Assembly: GCA_963707505.1 (NCBI GenBank)
Contig: CAVPQB010000006.1
Span: forward strand, 352,001-416,000
DNA from: an uncultured Gemmatimonadales bacterium
GTDB taxonomy: Bacteria; Gemmatimonadota; Gemmatimonadetes; Gemmatimonadales; Gemmatimonadaceae
Length of the DNA stretch: 64,000 nucleotides
Direction: 5' to 3'
Part shown: piece after piece, positions 60,232 through 64,000 of the stretch
How the letters are laid out: each line of letters starts with the position of its first letter
Numbering within the stretch: the stretch's first letter is position 1
The notes under the pieces: model-generated
Seen by the model: the letters and a program-made list of their open reading frames with translations, nothing else
Databases searched by the model: none
What the model was told of the DNA's origin: nothing
Position numbers and translations under genes: made by a program

Positions 60232-61191
60232 TCAAGGCTTCGTCGCCGCCGCTTGTTGTTGCTGCGTCAGATATTGCTGACCCAGCGCCGCTGTTCCGCC
60301 GAGTGCGCCCATGCCCATCGTATCCAGGGCCGAGCTCGGGACGATCATCAATGCGCCTTTTTCCTTGAGTCCTTCGTACAGCATGTTCATCGCGCGCAGA
60401 TGCAGCGCGGTCGGATTGCTGCCGTACGTTACCGCCGCCTTGTCGAACAGCGCCGCGATCTCCACCTCGGCTTCACCAAGTATCACGCGTGCCTGTTTTT
60501 CACGAGTCGCCTGCGCCTGGCGTGACATCGCATCCTGCAGCGACTCGGGGATCAAGACGTCGCGCATCTCGACAGCCTGCACGGTGACGCCCCACGGGCT
60601 GGAGCGCTCGTCGATCAGTTTTTGCAGCTCGCCTTCTATCTGTTCTCGGCCGAGTAGCAGGTCGGAGAGTGACGTCCGTCCGATGATGTCGCGCAGTGCG
60701 GTCTGGGCGGCCCACGTTACTGCATTGAAGTAATCCTGCACTTCGAGCGCCGCTTTCTGCGGATCGTGTACCAGCCAGAACAACACCGCATCGACGTTTA
60801 CGGGAACTGTATCCGCTGTGAGCGATTGCTCTGCGGCGAAGCCAGTTGTGATGACCCGCTGGTCGATCCAGCTGTTGACGGTTTCGACGAATGGTGTGAC
60901 CCAGAACAGGCCCGGACCGCGCAATCCGACGAAGCGGCCGAGCCGGAGGACGACTCCTCGCTCCCATTCCTGCGCGACTCTTGGAGCCTGGGCGAGAATG
61001 ATGCCGATTATCGTCAGGAGAATCGCTGGAAACGGCGAGACCGTCACGGCGCTCAGCACGACGCCGACGACAATGCTGACGAGCAGAAGTGTGACCGAGA
61101 CGATGTTGAGGCGCGAGCCGCGCGTCGTCGGTCGATTGTTGTTGCGTGAATTGCGCATCGTGGCGAGTGCCATGCCAATGTCGTCAGCCAT
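60232..61191 (-). CDS. SPFH/stomatin (slipin) family protein
   Basis: WERGVVLRLG, GPGLF, T.DTVPVNVDAV, AAQTALRDIIG, AMSRQAQA.RE. Confidence 0.93.
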   Translation of the reverse strand: MADDIGMALATMRNSRNNNRPTTRGSRLNIVSVTLLLVSIVVGVVLSAVTVSPFPAILLTIIGIILAQAPRVAQEWERGVVLRLGRFVGLRGPGLFWVTPFVETVNSWIDQRVITTGFAAEQSLTADTVPVNVDAVLFWLVHDPQKAALEVQDYFNAVTWAAQTALRDIIGRTSLSDLLLGREQIEGELQKLIDERSSPWGVTVQAVEMRDVLIPESLQDAMSRQAQATREKQARVILGEAEVEIAALFDKAAVTYGSNPTALHLRAMNMLYEGLKEKGALMIVPSSALDTMGMGALGGTAALGQQYLTQQQQAAATKP

Positions 61192-61576
61192 TTGAAGACG
61201 CCTCCTTCTGGTAAGCGCGTTGCAGGTGATCGATCACTTCTGAAGCGGAGAACCCAAGTCCTGACATGTCGGCGATGAAGCCCGCGGCTCGTTCCTGAAG
61301 CTCGCGGGCGAGCAGGGCGCTCCGGACGCCGGAGCCTTCGGGGTGTGGCCTGATGAACGTCCCTACACCGCGCTGGGTTTCGACGACTCCTTCGCGCTCT
61401 AGCGCCGCGTAGGCCCGGGCGACGGTATTGGCGTTGATCTTCAGGATGACGGCGAGCTGCCGCACCGTGGGGAGCTGATCACCGGCTTCGAGCCAGCCGG
61501 CTGCCACCGCGGTGCGAACTGCGCGCTCGAGTTGCGCGTAGATTGGTGCAGGATTGCCAGGATCGATCTGGAACAT
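61184..61576 (-). CDS. GntR family regulator, YtrA subfamily
   Basis: PIYAQL, GDQLPTVRQLA..L.INANTVARAY..LE..G......G.GTF; very short C-terminal domain. Confidence 0.92.
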   Translation of the reverse strand: MFQIDPGNPAPIYAQLERAVRTAVAAGWLEAGDQLPTVRQLAVILKINANTVARAYAALEREGVVETQRGVGTFIRPHPEGSGVRSALLARELQERAAGFIADMSGLGFSASEVIDHLQRAYQKEASSNG

Positions 61577-61578
61577 GA

Positions 61579-61606
61579 TGTATGCTTGTATTATAACAGT
61601 CATACA
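61579..61606. promoter_or_regulatory. Palindromic GntR/YtrA-type operator overlapping a TATAAT -10 box
   Basis: TGTATGCTTGTATTATAACAGTCATACA, an imperfect 28-bp palindrome; minus strand reads TGTTATAAT with the -10 box 13 nt before the gntR ATG. Confidence 0.75.
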
Positions 61607-61747
61607 ACTGCCCAACAAGACGGGGAATTCGGTCAGTTGGAGGCGATCCGGATGACGGGTAAAGGGGTAAATGTTCGGCCTGGCTCGGAATGTGACGCAA
61701 TTCGGCGTATTCGGGTCGCACTGTCACTGTCACTAACCAAGAGTTCA

Positions 61748-62491
61748 ATGTCTCAGCACTTCGGGCTAATGCGTAACACACGACTACCGGGTTTCCGGGC
61801 ACTTGCCAGCATCGGCCTCCTGGCTGGAGTGACGGCATTGAGCGGATGTCAACTCGATAAAATATCGGGGAATACGACTTCGCAGGGACTCGTTCAGTTC
61901 GTCAATGCGGCGCCGCGGTATGCCACGATGAACCTGTTCATCGATGACACGAGTGCGCTGTCGAGGCCGCAGCCGTACGACTCCGGTTCATCGGTGTATG
62001 TGAATGCGCTTACGAATGCTCGCACGTTCAGAGTCACTGCAGGGACGGACACGACGACAATCGCTTCGACCCCGTTGCTGGTCCAGAACTTCGGCGTCTA
62101 CGCGATGATCGTGACTCAGCACGCGACCGGTGCAGGATTACTCATTCTGCCGGACACGGTCTCGGCGCTTCCGAGTGGTCAGGTTGGATTGCGAATCATC
62201 AACGCATCGCCGTCGGCAGGCCCGGTGGATTTCTATTTGACGAGCGCGGATTCGACGCTCACGAAGCCGGTGGCTTCCAACATCACGTTCGAGGGCACGT
62301 CGGGTTACGTGCTTGCTCCAGTTCCGAGCGGCATTCTGCGTCTGCGCGTAACTGCCGCAGGCACCAAGACCGTGCTGCTGGACGTCGACGCCAGCTCGTT
62401 GACTGATGGGCAGGCGAGAAGTGTATTGCTGATGGACGCGTCCGGCGGTGGCCTTCCGCTTTCATGGTTGGCGATACCGGATCGCGGGTAG
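61748..62491 (+). CDS. DUF4397 domain lipoprotein
   Basis: Lipobox LSGC; VQFVNAAP and LRIINASPSAGPVDFY repeats. Confidence 0.82.
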   Translation: MSQHFGLMRNTRLPGFRALASIGLLAGVTALSGCQLDKISGNTTSQGLVQFVNAAPRYATMNLFIDDTSALSRPQPYDSGSSVYVNALTNARTFRVTAGTDTTTIASTPLLVQNFGVYAMIVTQHATGAGLLILPDTVSALPSGQVGLRIINASPSAGPVDFYLTSADSTLTKPVASNITFEGTSGYVLAPVPSGILRLRVTAAGTKTVLLDVDASSLTDGQARSVLLMDASGGGLPLSWLAIPDRG

Positions 62492-62521
62492 CAGACCGGT
62501 CGGCTCGTTTCTCGCCCCTCC

Positions 62522-63106
62522 TCAACTCCGCTTGCGCGCGTAGTGAAGCCCTACCACGCCAGTCGGATATGGTGTCGCTGACACCAGACTGAACGGCGCA
62601 TACACTCCGTCCGGCAACAGCCGCTTGCCGCTTCCCAGAGTGAGCGGGTACAGGACCATGTGCAGCTCGTCGACGAGATCGTGCTTCATCAAAGCGTGGA
62701 CGAGCTGGCTGCTGCCGTCGGTCAGGATGTTCTTTCCTGGCTGCTCCTTGAGCTCACGTATCGATTCGATCACGTTGTCGCGAATGATCGTGGTGTTGCG
62801 CCAGATTGGTTCCTTCAGCGTTCGTGACACGACGTATTTCTTCGGCGCGTTCATGAGATCGCCGAACTTGTCACCGACAGGCATGGGTTCGAATGCCTCG
62901 GCGTGTGTCACGTACGTGCGACGGCCCAGCAGAAGCGCGTCGGTGTCCTGCATCAGCGCGACGAAGCTGTTGCCGATGTCGTCATGCCAGTAGGGCCAGG
63001 TCCAGCCTCCGTGCTCGAATCCGCCATCCCGATCCTCGTCCTTGCCGCCGGGCGCCTGTATCACGCCGTCCAGTGTCACGAATTCGGATACAATGAGTTT
63101 TCGCAT
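62522..63106 (-). CDS. Dihydrofolate reductase-like (RibD C-terminal domain) protein
   Basis: MRKLIV..FVTLDGVIQAPGG, LLLGRRTY, KYVVSRTL, GS.QLV..L...LVDE, LGSGKRL. Confidence 0.92.
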   Translation of the reverse strand: MRKLIVSEFVTLDGVIQAPGGKDEDRDGGFEHGGWTWPYWHDDIGNSFVALMQDTDALLLGRRTYVTHAEAFEPMPVGDKFGDLMNAPKKYVVSRTLKEPIWRNTTIIRDNVIESIRELKEQPGKNILTDGSSQLVHALMKHDLVDELHMVLYPLTLGSGKRLLPDGVYAPFSLVSATPYPTGVVGLHYARKRS

Positions 63107-63116
63107 GTGGACTCCG

Positions 63117-64000
63117 TTATCTGCAGCGTGGAAACGCGGGATCGTCGCCGCTGATCACCGGCCTGTTCTTACGGTCCGCCACCGCGAGCGCGATGTCGTG
63201 CACGAAGTTGCCGACCTTCGCCATGTGATCGTAGTCGGCGTACTGCGGCTCGTCGGTCGGCTGGTGATAGTCCTGCGCGTAGCCGGTCGAGAAGTACGTG
63301 ACCGGCACGTTGTGCTGCACGTAGTTCACCTGGTCGCTGCGGCAGAACCGGTTCATCGGATTCGCCGTCACGTCCCACGTCTTGTCGATCGCCATCACCT
63401 CGGGGCGCACGGCGTTCACCGAATCGATGATGTCGCCGAACTCGCGCGAGAGTCGGCGCGAGCCGAGCGTCTGAATCGAGGTCGGTCCGCCGAACTTCAC
63501 CTGCCGACGTGACCCTTCGCTTCCATGTCCATGTTGATGCGCCGCGACGATCGAGTCGAGCGGAATCGTCGGATGATCGGTGAACCACTTGGAGCCGAGC
63601 AGCCCGGCTTCTTCGCCGTCGTGCGAGACGAAGATGATCGAGCGCGCCGGGTTCTCGCTCGCGAACTTCTCGGCGATCTTCCAGCAAGTATGACGGTGCC
63701 CGAGCCGTCGTCGTCGGCGCCGTTCATGATCGAGTCGCGACGCGGCGGACGAATGCTGCGCGCGCGCGCGATGAGCGAATCGATCTCGTGCTGCTGCGTC
63801 GGCGGTGGGACGGCAGACGGGATCGTTCGCGCCCTGCGGCCGCGTGACCATGTTGACGGCGCGCAGCGAGTCGTGATCGACAGCCGTCGGGGCGCATCGC
63901 CGACGTGATCGTTGTGCGCGCTGATCAGCACGTACTCGCCGGCGCGCGCCGGATCGGAGCCGGGCAGGATCGCGATGACGTTGCGCCCGGGAGTCGCGGA
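63117..64000 (-). CDS. M28 family peptidase, 3' part only, several apparent frameshifts
   Basis: NVIAILPGSD, ISAHNDH, NGADDDGSG, HDGEEAGLLGS, INMDM, RSDQ, YHQPTDE distributed over alternating frames. Confidence 0.85.
   Translation of the reverse strand, partial: RDSRAQRHRDPARLRSGARRRVRADQRAQRSRRRCAPTAVDHDSLRAVNMVTRPQGANDPVCRPTADAAARDRFAHRARAQHSSAASRLDHERRRRRRLGHRHTCWKIAEKFASENPARSIIFVSHDGEEAGLLGSKWFTDHPTIPLDSIVAAHQHGHGSEGSRRQVKFGGPTSIQTLGSRRLSREFGDIIDSVNAVRPEVMAIDKTWDVTANPMNRFCRSDQVNYVQHNVPVTYFSTGYAQDYHQPTDEPQYADYDHMAKVGNFVHDIALAVADRKNRPVISGDDPAFPRCR

Noticed and set aside
1..64000. Prophage, integrative element, defence island or biosynthetic gene cluster
   Set aside because: No integrase, transposase, phage structural, restriction/defence or NRPS/PKS/RiPP maturase genes recognised, and no obvious compositional shift by eye.

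Overview
A GC-rich bacterial chromosomal segment with about 55 protein-coding genes. The gene content (VPS10/BNR proteins, DUF5916 proteins, many exported peptidases, an ECF/HEAT-repeat locus) suggests Gemmatimonadota or a similar soil lineage; this is an inference. I found no rRNA, tRNA, CRISPR array, integrase or transposase. Content: exported peptidases and hydrolases (M20, M1, two M28, penicillin acylase, alkaline phosphatase), pgm, a threonine synthase, a fatty-acid desaturase overlapping a four-Cys YggX variant, a histone-H1-like protein, an Smr protein, and a probable oxidative (3-keto) glycoside catabolism cluster (GMC oxidoreductase, gluconate-2-DH subunit 3, Gfo/Idh/MocA, Tat TIM-barrel, MFS). 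It also carries an ECF sigma/anti-sigma/two exported HEAT-repeat operon and a GntR(YtrA)-SPFH pair with a clear palindromic operator. The most notable non-obvious structure is at 14.2-15.2 kb: a promoter, a 70-aa leader ORF and a mutually exclusive antiterminator/terminator (a candidate ribosome-dependent attenuator) upstream of small ORFs and an orphan CdiI-like protein. Two families of dispersed intergenic palindromic repeats are present (dRS3-like ATTCCC-N8-GGGAAT and GTAG-type REP). Several conserved genes carry indels that look like assembly or consensus errors. All family assignments come from motif recognition by eye, not from database searches.
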